This document shows, piece after piece, positions 1 through 9,510 of a stretch of DNA of 64,000 nucleotides. The stretch is from Mycobacterium phage prophi88-1, in sequence record MW584166.1; one strand, given 5' to 3'. Numbering within the stretch: the stretch's first letter is position 1; each line of letters starts with the position of its first letter. The position numbers were made by a program, and so were the translations under genes. The notes below the pieces were generated by a model. The model was not told the DNA's origin. It ran no database searches and saw nothing but the letters and a program-made list of their open reading frames with translations.

Positions 1-94
1 GGCTGCTTCGTGGACCTGGGTGACGGTGAGGTCGCTTCCGACTATCTCGGCTTGCAGGAACGTTTTCAGGTCACGTCCTCTGCGGTCCCTTCTC

Positions 95-215
95 GGCATA
101 CCGGAATGCTATCCCGGATTTCCGGAACCCGTCAAAGTTTCGTGACATGCGGAAACGTACCGACTGAACGCGACACGATTCCGGATTTCCGGAATGCAAT
201 GCCGGAATTCCGATA
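95..215. promoter_or_regulatory. Cluster of about 6 CCGGAAT/ATTCCGG half-sites, including the palindromes TTCCGGAA (twice) and CGGAATTCCG, upstream of the Cro-like gene. Candidate repressor operator array of the immunity region.
   Basis: Repeated motif at 101-107, 113-127, 181-196 and 202-212, read directly in the sequence. Lies 5' of the first HTH gene. Confidence 0.5.
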
Positions 216-236
216 TGCGGTGCTACTGTTCCTGAC

Positions 237-512
237 GTGAGCTACGGACTGGAATGGCAGCCGCAGGGTGTGCGGAACACCTTGGCCACCAACAACATTG
301 AGACTGTCGCTGAACTAGCGAGATTCCTTGGCGTCGGATCATCGACCGTCTATGACGCGTTCGACCGCAACTGGGCGGGACGGGCGACGCCGACGCTGAT
401 CGATGCCATGTGCCAGAAGTTCGGCATTCCCATGAGCCAGATCGTCGTCGAACCGATGACAAAGGCCCGGCCGAAGCAGATCCGGGCACGGCGGGCGGTG
501 GCTGTCGTATGA
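237..512 (+). CDS. Xre/Cro-like helix-turn-helix DNA-binding protein
   Basis: HTH segment NIETVAELARFLGVGSSTVYDAF. First gene after the operator repeats. Confidence 0.6.
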   Translation: MSYGLEWQPQGVRNTLATNNIETVAELARFLGVGSSTVYDAFDRNWAGRATPTLIDAMCQKFGIPMSQIVVEPMTKARPKQIRARRAVAVV

Positions 513-799
513 GCGCGCGCATTGAGACGTACTCATTGGCGCAGGTTGTGGCCGACGTGCTGCCCGAGGAATGGACAGATGGTGAGCGCTGGTTGCGGCG
601 ACGACTGAATCGCGGCGAGATCGAGGGCTACAAGGTCGGCCGTGAGTGGCGGTTCACGAAGGCCCAAGTTGATGCGCTGATCGCGCACTTCACCAATGCC
701 AAAACGGATGTGGCCGCGCCCGAGGAAGATACCGAGTCCGAGGCGCCGCTGGCACTCGGTCTCTCCGCGCGATCACGGCGACGGCTGGTGAACGCATGA
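509..799 (+). CDS. Excisionase-family HTH DNA-binding protein
   Basis: YSLAQVVADVL...GEIEGYKVGREWRFTKAQVDALI resembles the Xis/excisionase DNA-binding domain. ATGA overlap with the upstream gene. Confidence 0.5.
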   Translation: MSARIETYSLAQVVADVLPEEWTDGERWLRRRLNRGEIEGYKVGREWRFTKAQVDALIAHFTNAKTDVAAPEEDTESEAPLALGLSARSRRRLVNA

Positions 800-1173
800 C
801 CGCCCGCCCGGAAACGCTCGAGGCAGCATTGGCGGAACTCGGCCGCGTGAGTGCTGACCGCGATCGGCTGCTGCAGAAGTTGGACGCCGAGCCGGATTCA
901 AAGAAGCTCATCCGCGACCTTGCAGACCTGATTCGGAGCCATTACAACGCCGCCAGTACCAGTGGTCAGCGTGCCCTGGTCCTGAATCTTGGGCAACTGC
1001 TGCGGCAGTCCGGCGCGCTGGTCGATGCGTTGACGACTGAGCTGCAGCACTACGTATCCGCCGAGTGCGCGGCGCGCGATGAGCGTGACGAGCTGCAGGA
1101 GCGGGTCGCGGACCTTTCCGACGAGGTGGCGTATCTGCGGACGCGCGAGTGCGCAAGGTCGGTGATCATGTGA
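796..1173 (+). CDS. hypothetical protein (coiled-coil)
   Basis: ORF with ATGA start/stop overlap and codon bias consistent with its neighbours. Confidence 0.4.
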   Translation: MTARPETLEAALAELGRVSADRDRLLQKLDAEPDSKKLIRDLADLIRSHYNAASTSGQRALVLNLGQLLRQSGALVDALTTELQHYVSAECAARDERDELQERVADLSDEVAYLRTRECARSVIM

Positions 1174-1439
1174 TCGCCGCCGATAGCGCACTGGGAATCG
1201 GGTTTGGGCTGGCCGCTGAGTTCCTGCGTGGCGCAGCGGCTTCCGTCGCGACGGTATGCCAGCGATTGACTGATCAGCGAAAAGACCCCGCCGGGGTGGA
1301 GGTGTCGCGCGGCGACCTTGAGTCGCACATCTACTCCAGCCTGGCTGGGCCGGGTGGGCTGACTTCCTCCGTCGCCGAGGCATTCGCGGAATGTGTCGCC
1401 GCTGACCTGCTGGATGAGTACCGCATCAGCAAGAAGTAA
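1149..1439 (+). CDS. hypothetical protein
   Basis: GTG-initiated ORF in operon context. An alternative GTG start is at 1170. Confidence 0.35.
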   Translation: MRKVGDHVIAADSALGIGFGLAAEFLRGAAASVATVCQRLTDQRKDPAGVEVSRGDLESHIYSSLAGPGGLTSSVAEAFAECVAADLLDEYRISKK

Positions 1440-1469
1440 GCCCCGCTGCTGGAACAGCGGGGCCAGGCA

Positions 1470-1781
1470 ATGGATCACAACGACGAAAGGAACCCAATGC
1501 CAACCATGGAGTCTACCCACGAGATCAAGGAACGCGAGGACGGCGCACTGGTCGCGTACGTCGAGCGGGCGCTGGGGCCGAGTCAGGTGGGTGTTGCGTT
1601 GCCGCACCCGGCCGGTGATGGACGGCTGATGATCCTGTGGGACGAGCAGGCCCAGAGTGTGGAATTCACGGCGCACGCTGCCGGTTCACGTTGCGACGAG
1701 AAGGTGCGGGAAGCCGCCCGCCAGCTGCTCGAATTTCACGCTGCAATCATCGCGCGTCTTGTTGCGGCGGTGGAGAAGTGA
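1470..1781 (+). CDS. hypothetical protein
   Basis: ORF preceded by a GAAAGGAAC Shine-Dalgarno. An alternative ATG is at 1497. Confidence 0.4.
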   Translation: MDHNDERNPMPTMESTHEIKEREDGALVAYVERALGPSQVGVALPHPAGDGRLMILWDEQAQSVEFTAHAAGSRCDEKVREAARQLLEFHAAIIARLVAAVEK

Positions 1782-2167
1782 GCGCCACGGCAGTGCGGCG
1801 CGTTCTGATCGGGATGCTCACGGGCGCGGTGCTGGCAATGGCTGCGGTCGGGTACGCCCAGCGCGCGCATGCCGCACCGAACGACGGCTGCGAGACAGTG
1901 AGCTGGGGCATGTTCGGCAGCCAGTTGCGAACGATCTGCGACGGCCCGAAACGTCCTGACGGCAGCTGGATTCGGGAGCGCCGGATTTGGACGGCCGCCG
2001 GATGGGTGCGGGGCAGCACCTACTGCGGCTACTACTCGTGCACTCGCAGCGAGGGCTACTACCGCCAGGAAAGCACGCAGGGCTACGAGAAGTACCTGGT
2101 GTTCGACTACAACGTGGTTCCCGGTGAGCCGGATTGGCTGCCGGCTGGAACGGTGGTCGTCCGGTGA
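1778..2167 (+). CDS. secreted or membrane protein with signal peptide
   Basis: GTGA overlap start. N-terminal hydrophobic stretch ending AQRAHA followed by a Cys-rich mature region. Confidence 0.4.
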   Translation: MSATAVRRVLIGMLTGAVLAMAAVGYAQRAHAAPNDGCETVSWGMFGSQLRTICDGPKRPDGSWIRERRIWTAAGWVRGSTYCGYYSCTRSEGYYRQESTQGYEKYLVFDYNVVPGEPDWLPAGTVVVR

Positions 2168-2421
2168 CGGCGCTGCAGCCGGTTTGGACACCGGACGATT
2201 TCGATGACACCTGCGCTGCGGTGGCTCTGCAGGAGCCGGTGATGCTGCCGGTGCAGAACCGGGCGCAACTGCTGGACAAGGTGTTGGCGGAGCTGCAGAT
2301 CGAGGTCGAGCGCCCCTCTGTGGTGCCGCCCGCGACCAGGGGACGTCGGTACCGAGGGCAGCACCGCGCCAACAAGTTCCGCCTGACCGTTGCGGATCTT
2401 CGGGACGGCGGTGCCCGATGA
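2164..2421 (+). CDS. hypothetical protein
   Basis: GTGA-coupled ORF. Confidence 0.3.
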   Translation: MTALQPVWTPDDFDDTCAAVALQEPVMLPVQNRAQLLDKVLAELQIEVERPSVVPPATRGRRYRGQHRANKFRLTVADLRDGGAR

Positions 2422-2705
2422 GCGGGGAACCTATTGGCGAGGTTGAACTCAGCAGCGGCGCCGTCTACGTCTGGGTCAGCTTGGACTCGGGCAAGACGAT
2501 CATGCGTATCAGCGACCGGCATGGCCGAAGTGATGCCGGGGCAATGAGGCCGGACGAGATCGCGCAAGTCGTTGAGCTGCTGGAGCGGGCTCGGCAGGTT
2601 GCGCCTGCAATCCTGGCCGCTCACAAGGTGCGCCAGCGCGCCGTCATGACTGCCGAAGCCACGTACGAGCGGATCGTGGCGAGAGCAGTAGGCGGTGCTC
2701 GGTGA
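2418..2705 (+). CDS. hypothetical protein
   Basis: ATGA-coupled ORF. Confidence 0.4.
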   Translation: MSGEPIGEVELSSGAVYVWVSLDSGKTIMRISDRHGRSDAGAMRPDEIAQVVELLERARQVAPAILAAHKVRQRAVMTAEATYERIVARAVGGAR

Positions 2706-2974
2706 GGCGGCCAGGGGTGGATCAGTCGTACGAAACCGACCTCGATCGTGTGGCTGAGGATGCGCTCGACCTTGTCGAAAGGCTTCGTGAGGACGATCCA
2801 CGCCGGGTGTTTGAGCAGCTTCGGCTCCTGGCAGAGCTGCACCCGGCCAAGTATGCGCAGATCACTATGACGCTCGCGGCGTTCGTCAATCCCGACGAGG
2901 GCACGGTTGCGTTACAGCGCCGGGTCGACGCCATCGCAGAAAACCGCGCTCGCCTCTCGGTGTTGGCGTCATGA
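2702..2974 (+). CDS. hypothetical protein
   Basis: GTGA-coupled ORF. Confidence 0.4.
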   Translation: MRRPGVDQSYETDLDRVAEDALDLVERLREDDPRRVFEQLRLLAELHPAKYAQITMTLAAFVNPDEGTVALQRRVDAIAENRARLSVLAS

Positions 2975-3156
2975 CGCGCGCACTGGCGGTCGCCGCCTGG
3001 GTGTTCGGGCTGGTGGCGTGGGCCGCACTCGTCATGTTCTGCATCGAACTGTTTGCGGTCGCCCTGTTGCTTTGCGCCGCATCGATCTTGCTGTGGGGTC
3101 TCCGGCTTTACCCGGACCCTGCCGACCGATCAGAAGAGACAGGGGTGAACCGGTGA
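2971..3156 (+). CDS. small membrane protein (2 predicted TM helices)
   Basis: Hydrophobic helices (LAVAAWVFGLVAWAALVMF / LFAVALLLCAASILLWGL). Confidence 0.4.
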   Translation: MTRALAVAAWVFGLVAWAALVMFCIELFAVALLLCAASILLWGLRLYPDPADRSEETGVNR

Positions 3157-3308
3157 TGGCGTACGAGTACGAGGCCGAGGAGTGGCGCGCTGCCACGCAC
3201 ACGATGACGGAAATGGAGCGCGCCGCAGCGGATGTCGCGCGGCGCGGAGCGCTCGGCATGGCCGGTGACCGCACGGACGCTCTCGACGAAGTGGGGAGCT
3301 ACCAGTGA
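3156..3308 (+). CDS. small hypothetical protein (50 aa)
   Basis: TGATG-coupled small ORF filling the gap before the exonuclease gene. Confidence 0.3.
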   Translation: MAYEYEAEEWRAATHTMTEMERAAADVARRGALGMAGDRTDALDEVGSYQ

Positions 3309-4312
3309 CCGATACTCCTTTTTGGGCCAACTATGCCGAGCTGGCTGGTGACTACAAGGATCGTGACGAGTGGCTTGAGTTGCGGCGCACTGGTATCGGT
3401 TCGTCGGACTGCTCAGCAGTTCTTGGGATGGGCAAGTACGGTTCGCCGTTCTCCGTGTGGGTGGAGAAGACAGGCCGAGCCCGCCCGGAGGACGAGACCG
3501 AGGCGATGATGTGGGGCACGCTGCTGGAGCCCGTGATCCGCGAGGAGCTGGCCCGCCGCCTCAACGTGGAAATCCTTGAGTGCAAGACGCTGCGGTCGCT
3601 GGTGCGGCCCTGGCAGCTGTACAACCCGGACGGTCTGATCCTCTCGCTCAACGCCCTCGTAGAGATCAAAAATGCGTCGGCATGGCTGGCATCTGACTGG
3701 GAAGACCAGGTGCCAGATCACGCGGAACTGCAGGTGCAGCACGGGATGGCGGTCACGGGCGCTGACGGGGCTTACGTGGCCGGCCTGGTGGGTGGAAACC
3801 GGTTGCGCTGGGAGTACATCCCGCGTGACGAGGACCTGATCGCCACGATCAATCAGGCCGAGCAGCACCTATGGGAGACATACATCATCCCCGATGTCGC
3901 ACCCCCGATCGACGGCTCGGACGCAACCGCGGAGGCCATCGCCGCACGCTGGCCGCGGCAGCCGGGAGTGGAGCTAATCGCAGAAGACCCCGCCTCGGTG
4001 GCCGATGCCGTCTCGGCCTATCGCTGCGCCCTCACGCAGGAGAAGGCGTCGAAGGTGGCCAAAGCAGAAGCGGTGAACCGGTTAGCCGCGCTGCTGCAGG
4101 GCGCTGACGTGCTCACAGATGAGGTGGGCAACAAGTTGGTTGCACTCAAACGAGGCCAGTTCCGAGAGAAGGAATTCCGCGCTGAGGAGCCTGACGCGGA
4201 CCTGTGGCTCCACAAGGTCGAGGTCGTCGACCGTGACCTCCTCAAGTCCGAAAACCCCGAGCTATATCGGCGTTTTCAATCCACATCCATCTACATACCG
4301 AAAGGGAAATAA
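3305..4312 (+). CDS. YqaJ-like viral recombinase exonuclease (RecE-like, PD-(D/E)XK)
   Basis: RRTGIGSSDCSAVLG YqaJ motif. Sits immediately upstream of the RecT gene, as in mycobacteriophage Che9c gp60/61-type recombination modules. Confidence 0.8.
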   Translation: MTDTPFWANYAELAGDYKDRDEWLELRRTGIGSSDCSAVLGMGKYGSPFSVWVEKTGRARPEDETEAMMWGTLLEPVIREELARRLNVEILECKTLRSLVRPWQLYNPDGLILSLNALVEIKNASAWLASDWEDQVPDHAELQVQHGMAVTGADGAYVAGLVGGNRLRWEYIPRDEDLIATINQAEQHLWETYIIPDVAPPIDGSDATAEAIAARWPRQPGVELIAEDPASVADAVSAYRCALTQEKASKVAKAEAVNRLAALLQGADVLTDEVGNKLVALKRGQFREKEFRAEEPDADLWLHKVEVVDRDLLKSENPELYRRFQSTSIYIPKGK

Positions 4313-4317
4313 CCACC

Positions 4318-5370
4318 ATGGCAAGAGATCTGGCACGACGCGCACAACAGTCGGTCGCCCAGCAGGGTGGCGGAGAGTCGCTACAGACCCAGCTCGCGAA
4401 GATGGAGACGCAGTTTCAGCGGGCCATGCCGCGAGGAGTGGAAGCCGTACAGCTGATCCGCGACGTGATGACGTGTGTGAAGCAGACTCCGAAGCTGGCG
4501 GAGTGCGACCCGGTATCGGTGTTGGGATCGGCGATGACATGCGCACAGCTAGGTTTGCGTCCGGGTGTGGGCGCATTGGGCCACGCGTGGATTTTGCCAT
4601 TCTGGGACAGCAAGACTCGCGGCCAAAAGGCCCAACTGATCATCGGCTACAAGGGCTATGTCGAGCTCGGTCACCGCTCCGAGCAGATCGCCTCACTGCA
4701 CTCGCGGATTGTGTACAGCAACGATCAGTTCGAGGTCGAATACGGTGCGGCCGAGGATAAATGGGTGCACCGCCCGAACCTGGACGGCCCGCGTGGTGAT
4801 GCCCGCCTGTTCTACGCGGTTGGTCGTCTAGCCAACGGCGGGTACTCGCTGACCGATCCGATGACGGTCGCGGACATGGAGGAACATCGAGACAAGTTCG
4901 CCATGGCCAAGACCCGCGAAGGCAAGATCATCGGTCCGTGGTCGGATCATTTCGACGCCATGGGCAAAAAGACGATGCTGTTGCGGCTGATGGCGTTGAT
5001 GCCGAAGTCGACGGAGATTCAGCGGGCCATCGACAACGACGGCAGTGTGCGCCTGGATCTTTCTGAGGGTGCGATCGACAGCCCGACCCATATCGACGGT
5101 GAGGTTGTCGGTGAGCCGGTGGACGAACCGACACCCGAGCGGGAGTCAATCGATGTTCGCGGCCCAGTCGAGGACGTCCTGATGGCGACGGGTCAGCAGC
5201 TGACTCGGTTGGCGCAGATCCGGAAAGAGCAGGGCTTCGGCGGTGACGATTCCGGCTGGTTCGACTACGTGCTGTCGGCTACCCAGGCGCGGGTCAGCCG
5301 GGATCAGGACCTCACGCATGAGCAGGCCCAATCGTTGATCGGCATGTTCGACGAGGACGCGGCGAAGTGA
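4318..5370 (+). CDS. recT: RecT-family single-strand annealing protein
   Basis: 350 aa. Paired with the YqaJ exonuclease. Overall similarity to the RecT/Che9c gp61 family as recalled. Confidence 0.8.
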   Translation: MARDLARRAQQSVAQQGGGESLQTQLAKMETQFQRAMPRGVEAVQLIRDVMTCVKQTPKLAECDPVSVLGSAMTCAQLGLRPGVGALGHAWILPFWDSKTRGQKAQLIIGYKGYVELGHRSEQIASLHSRIVYSNDQFEVEYGAAEDKWVHRPNLDGPRGDARLFYAVGRLANGGYSLTDPMTVADMEEHRDKFAMAKTREGKIIGPWSDHFDAMGKKTMLLRLMALMPKSTEIQRAIDNDGSVRLDLSEGAIDSPTHIDGEVVGEPVDEPTPERESIDVRGPVEDVLMATGQQLTRLAQIRKEQGFGGDDSGWFDYVLSATQARVSRDQDLTHEQAQSLIGMFDEDAAK

Positions 5371-5762
5371 GCGCGACATTCACCGCGGTCGATACCTACA
5401 CCGTCATTCACTGTGGCCATGAGGGTTGCGGAGTTCCGTTCGCGCTCAATGACGAATTTATCCGCCAGCGCCGGGAGGACCACAGGACCTGGTATTGCCC
5501 GAACGGACACAGCCGGTACTACCCGCAGAAGAACGAGACCGAGGAAGCGAAAGCCAGGGCTGCCATGTTGGAGCGCCAACTCGCCAACCGGGATGAGGAT
5601 CTGCGCGCAGCGAAAGCGGCGCACGCGGTCACAAAGGGCAAGTTGACCAAGACGCGCAACCGCATCGCGAAGGGCGTATGCCCCTGCTGCAATCGGTCTT
5701 TCGCCAACCTGCAGCGCCACATGGCAGGCCAGCACCCCGGCTTTACGGACGCGAAGCAGTGA
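5367..5762 (+). CDS. zinc-finger-containing hypothetical protein
   Basis: CGHEGC...C..GH and C.CC....H cysteine clusters. GTGA overlap with recT. Confidence 0.45.
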   Translation: MSATFTAVDTYTVIHCGHEGCGVPFALNDEFIRQRREDHRTWYCPNGHSRYYPQKNETEEAKARAAMLERQLANRDEDLRAAKAAHAVTKGKLTKTRNRIAKGVCPCCNRSFANLQRHMAGQHPGFTDAKQ

Positions 5763-5881
5763 GCGCGCCCGCATTGCCTCCCGAGCCGCTGATCAACCGG
5801 AAGCAGCTCGGGAACTAGAGCACGAAATCCGCACTGCCACCGGCAATCGTCGGTAGCCATCTCATCTTTGGAAGGCAATCC

Positions 5882-6943
5882 ATGAGCATCACAGTTCCAA
5901 CCAACAAGCTGATCGACGTACTGACCGACGCGTTGGCGACAGCCAACAACACCTTCGGTGGAGTGCACATCGCCACCACCCGCGGGCCCTGGCGGGAAGA
6001 ACCCGGCGACGTGGACCTGCTGGCCGCGACGTCGACTACGAAGTTCGTCTTCGGGCACACGTGGATTCCGATCGACGGGCGCATTGACCCGATGGTGTGG
6101 CCCTGTGAATCGGTCGTTAACGTGCTGGCGCTGTGCAAGTCCTGGGCCAAGAGCAAGGGCGATCAGCACACCGTCGACATCCACCTGGTGTTGGCCGATC
6201 CGCCGGAGAACAAGAAGGACGACGAGCACCCAGGTTGGACCGTGACGCTGTCGGAGTCGCCTGCACTTTTTGGCTCGGACAACGAGTTTCAGTTCCACGC
6301 ACATCACGAGTCGCGGTTCCCGACGAGCATCGTGCAGCGCCTGCGGACTGGTGATTTCCTGACCAAGGAGGACTACGAAGAGGTTCCGCTCACGCTGTGG
6401 TCGGCGGGGGTCTTGGCCTCGCTGGTGGCGGTGGCGAAGCGCCGCAAGATGCAGATCCAGATGTTCCGGTCGTCGAAGCGGCTGGTGCAGACCGTCCAGA
6501 TCGGCGACACGTGGATCGGCCTTGCCACCCCGGGCTCGTATGTGGAGGGGTTCACGACCGACGGGCCGAGCATCGAGCCGGTCCTCGGACAGGACGATAA
6601 CGGCGCGAGTGTGGCTGCTGATCTGCTGCGCCACGGGGCTGGGTTGTTCCTGGCGCACAGCGACTCCGATCCGGACGACGACACCGAGCAGCTGGAGATC
6701 GACGGCGAGAACCTGCTGCGCCAGGCGGTGGAACTGGTGGTCACCACCAACTTCGGATCCACGTCCATGCTGCAGCGCAAGCTCAAGATCGGATTCGCCA
6801 GAGCTGCCGGTCTCCTCGACGAAATGGCTGCGGTCGGGATCGTCGGGCCGGCCGAGGGCAGCAAGGCGCGTGTGGTGAGGTTCGCGCCGGAGCAACTGGC
6901 GGACGCGCTCGCCGCGATCGCTCCGACAGCCGGTGAGCAGTGA
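5882..6943 (+). CDS. protein with C-terminal FtsK-gamma (winged-helix) domain
   Basis: C-terminal [30 protein letters not shown] matches the FtsK/SpoIIIE gamma-domain signature. The N-terminal ~280 aa are unassigned. Confidence 0.6.
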   Translation: MSITVPTNKLIDVLTDALATANNTFGGVHIATTRGPWREEPGDVDLLAATSTTKFVFGHTWIPIDGRIDPMVWPCESVVNVLALCKSWAKSKGDQHTVDIHLVLADPPENKKDDEHPGWTVTLSESPALFGSDNEFQFHAHHESRFPTSIVQRLRTGDFLTKEDYEEVPLTLWSAGVLASLVAVAKRRKMQIQMFRSSKRLVQTVQIGDTWIGLATPGSYVEGFTTDGPSIEPVLGQDDNGASVAADLLRHGAGLFLAHSDSDPDDDTEQLEIDGENLLRQAVELVVTTNFGSTSMLQRKLKIGFARAAGLLDEMAAVGIVGPAEGSKARVVRFAPEQLADALAAIAPTAGEQ

Positions 6944-7371
6944 CGACGCCGACGCTGCTGGATGCCTCGGACGCGGTGTTCTTCGTCCCGGGTAAGCCCG
7001 CCCCGCAGGGCAGCAAGAGACATGTCGGTCGAGGGGTCCTCGTCGAATCGTCGAAAGAGGTTGGCCCGTGGCGCGAACGGGTCGCGCTGGTGGCGCACGG
7101 GGCGATGGCGGGCAGGCCGATGTTCGACGGGCCGGTGTCGGTCACGCTGCAATTCGTCCTGCCCAGGCCGAAATCCGCGCCCAAGACCCGGACGCCGGCG
7201 GCGACCAAGCGGCCCGACCTCGACAAACTGGAACGCGCGATCCTCGACGCCCTCACAGATGTGTGTTTCTCCGACGACTCGCAGGTGGTGAGCCTGTCCG
7301 GCTACAAGCGGATAGCCGAGCTGGGGGAGACGGCCGGCGTCGAGGTCCGCGTAGAGGGCTTCGGATTATGA
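6940..7371 (+). CDS. rusA: RusA-family Holliday junction resolvase
   Basis: PAPQGSKR ... [26 protein letters not shown] contains the RusA catalytic Asp motifs. Confidence 0.8.
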   Translation: MTTPTLLDASDAVFFVPGKPAPQGSKRHVGRGVLVESSKEVGPWRERVALVAHGAMAGRPMFDGPVSVTLQFVLPRPKSAPKTRTPAATKRPDLDKLERAILDALTDVCFSDDSQVVSLSGYKRIAELGETAGVEVRVEGFGL

Positions 7372-7613
7372 GCCTGAGGTGGCGCGGACACAGCGAGATC
7401 ATCGGTGCCCTTGTCGCGGTCGGGCTGCGCGGCACCTACATGGTTCAGAGCGTCGGCCGCGAATGGGTCCTGCAGGGTGTTGGGCACGACGGCCTGCCCA
7501 TGCTGGCATTGCCCGCGGAGGGTAAGGCGTTCGCCGCGTTGCATACCGCGCAGCTGTACGCCATCGAGCTCGAGCGCAAGGGTGCCGTCGAATCCCAGGC
7601 GAGTGGGTGCTGA
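7368..7613 (+). CDS. hypothetical protein
   Basis: ATGA-coupled ORF. Confidence 0.4.
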   Translation: MSLRWRGHSEIIGALVAVGLRGTYMVQSVGREWVLQGVGHDGLPMLALPAEGKAFAALHTAQLYAIELERKGAVESQASGC

Positions 7614-7891
7614 CGATGAGCGTTCACTCAACGGGCGCCGATGCCGAGCCCGCCCGTTACGACGGCGGCATGAGGAACGTGCTGGAAGCGATCGACCGCG
7701 GCGCAGTGCTCGGCATCCTCGGCGCAGCCGACACCGCGCTGGCCACCAAGCAGCTCGCCGAGCGACAGGGAAAGGCGCTTGAGGAGATTCGCGGAGTGGC
7801 TGAGTACTGGCGAGATAACCCGCACTTTGGTCTAGAGATTCAGCAAGGCGCACGCCGAATCCTTCGCGCGATCGACGAGGCAGGTGCGTGA
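7607..7891 (+). CDS. hypothetical protein
   Basis: ORF with an alternative ATG at 7616, immediately upstream of dcm. Confidence 0.4.
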   Translation: MLTMSVHSTGADAEPARYDGGMRNVLEAIDRGAVLGILGAADTALATKQLAERQGKALEEIRGVAEYWRDNPHFGLEIQQGARRILRAIDEAGA

Positions 7892-9138
7892 TGCTGGCAC
7901 CCAGGATCGGATCACTCTTCTCCGGCGCCGGTGGCCTCGACCTGGCCGTTGAGCATGTCGCTGGCGGCCGCACGGTGTGGCATTGCGAGGCCGACCCGGA
8001 TGCCTCGAGAGTGCTTGCCGCCCATTGGCCGGGCGTGCCGAACCTCGGAGACATCACCGCCGTTGATTGGTCGGCAGTCGAGCCCGTAGACGTGCTGTGC
8101 GGCGGGTTTCCTTGCCAGGACGTGTCCGCGGCGGGCCGTCGCGCCGGTATCGCATCGGGCACAAGGTCGGGGCTCTGGCTGGAGTACGCCGAGGCAATCA
8201 ATCAACTGCGACCACGACTGGTGGTCATCGAGAACGTCAGGGGGCTACTCAGTGGCTACGCCCATCGCGCAATGGAACCCGGCCCGGATGATCTGGGAGA
8301 CCGATCAAGCCGACCTCTTCTGCGAGCAGCGGGAGCCGTACTCGGAGACCTGGCCGACCTCGGGTACGACGCGCAATGGACAACTGTTGCCGCTTCCGAA
8401 GTCGGGGCACCGCACCGCCGCGAACGGGTCTTCATTGTTGCCCACCCCGCGGGCAGCGGCCGACCGAACCAGCAGAAGCGCGGCAATGCGCCGAGATTCG
8501 ATGTCATCGCCGAGCCTGGCGCAGGCGATCGAGATAGCGCGCGGGGAGCTACCGCGGGAATTCACCAGCTGGAACGAAGTGCCCGCGAGCTGGCAGCCGT
8601 AGATCTATTGCCGACTCCGACGGCCAGCCGATACGGAAGCAACCAGTCTCCGAGCCCCGGCGTAGCGGTGCGTCCAGGCCTGGACTCGATCGCAGACCTG
8701 TTGCCAACGCCTAATGCCAGTGACGCGACCGGTGGCGGACAGACGCCCGACAAACGCGAGGGGCATTCTCGCCAGCTGATCGATTACGCACTCCTGAACG
8801 GCACGCCACAGTGGGGCAAGTATGAGCCCGCGATCAGGCGTTGGGAAGCCATCACCCGCGAGGCGCCCACACCGACGGAGCCTGGAGCCAGGGGAAATCC
8901 GCGCCTGGCCGCCGCGTTCTCTGAGTGGATGATGGGCTGGCCGATCGGATGGGTTACACGAGTAGGCATCTCACACCCCGAGCGTCCCGGGATGCTCAAG
9001 AACGGCGTGGCACGTGACCATGCTACTGCTGCGCTGAGTCGATCCGCCATGCTGCGCATCATCGGCAACGGGGTGGTACCCCAGCAGGCGGTCGCGGCAC
9101 TGCAATGGCTGCTCAGCGTTTGCGAGGTGGCCGCGTGA
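7888..9138 (+). CDS. dcm: DNA (cytosine-5)-methyltransferase
   Basis: Motif I FSGAGGLDLA, motif IV GFPCQDVS and motif VI ENVRGL. No adjacent restriction endonuclease, so apparently orphan. Confidence 0.85.
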   Translation: MMLAPRIGSLFSGAGGLDLAVEHVAGGRTVWHCEADPDASRVLAAHWPGVPNLGDITAVDWSAVEPVDVLCGGFPCQDVSAAGRRAGIASGTRSGLWLEYAEAINQLRPRLVVIENVRGLLSGYAHRAMEPGPDDLGDRSSRPLLRAAGAVLGDLADLGYDAQWTTVAASEVGAPHRRERVFIVAHPAGSGRPNQQKRGNAPRFDVIAEPGAGDRDSARGATAGIHQLERSARELAAVDLLPTPTASRYGSNQSPSPGVAVRPGLDSIADLLPTPNASDATGGGQTPDKREGHSRQLIDYALLNGTPQWGKYEPAIRRWEAITREAPTPTEPGARGNPRLAAAFSEWMMGWPIGWVTRVGISHPERPGMLKNGVARDHATAALSRSAMLRIIGNGVVPQQAVAALQWLLSVCEVAA

Positions 9139-9265
9139 CCCACTTGGACAGCAGTTCGCGGATTACCTCCGACACGCCGCCGTCGCGGCCTTCAAGGTCA
9201 GCTTTGTCTTGCGCTGCGCGCCATAATTCGTCGTCGATGCGCAGGCTGCGTAGCGGGCTAGGCAT
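9113..9265 (-). CDS. ribbon-helix-helix (CopG/Arc-type) DNA-binding protein, about 50 aa
   Basis: LRIDDELWRAAQDKA...VSEVIRELL is a beta-strand/helix RHH pattern. Second gene of a 2-gene leftward cassette. Confidence 0.45.
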   Translation of the reverse strand: MPSPLRSLRIDDELWRAAQDKADLEGRDGGVSEVIRELLSKWVTRPPRKR

Positions 9266-9479
9266 TGGTTTCGAACGATTCGCCAGCGTAGATCGCAGCC
9301 CACCTACCGTCGGGTTGCGTAACAGCGAGCATGAGTCCACCTCGATTGATGGGGTGCTCAGTGATGGCACCGACGATCTTTGTGCCCGAGGCGGTTACAT
9401 ACGTGGCGGACGTGCCGATGAGATCGGCGCGGTAGGTGTTGTCGGTCGCCAGTTTGTACTCGTCAATCGTGATCTTCAC
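9258..9479 (-). CDS. hypothetical protein (74 aa, GTG start)
   Basis: ORF overlapping the RHH gene by 8 nt. Its start abuts the 24-bp palindrome, so it may be leaderless. Confidence 0.35.
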   Translation of the reverse strand: MKITIDEYKLATDNTYRADLIGTSATYVTASGTKIVGAITEHPINRGGLMLAVTQPDGRWAAIYAGESFETNA

Positions 9480-9486
9480 GAGCCGA

Positions 9487-9510
9487 GTGTATATACAGCT
9501 GTATATACAC
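9487..9510. promoter_or_regulatory. Perfect 24-bp AT-rich palindrome GTGTATATACAG|CTGTATATACAC between divergent genes. Candidate operator or bidirectional promoter.
   Basis: Read directly from the sequence. Contains TATATA on both strands. Lies 8 nt from the leftward gene start and 19 nt from the dam ATG. Confidence 0.55.

Noticed and set aside
10-240. 76-aa + strand ORF at the window start
   Set aside because: It is overlapped by the CCGGAAT operator repeats, has no Shine-Dalgarno, and looks like a promoter/operator region rather than coding sequence.
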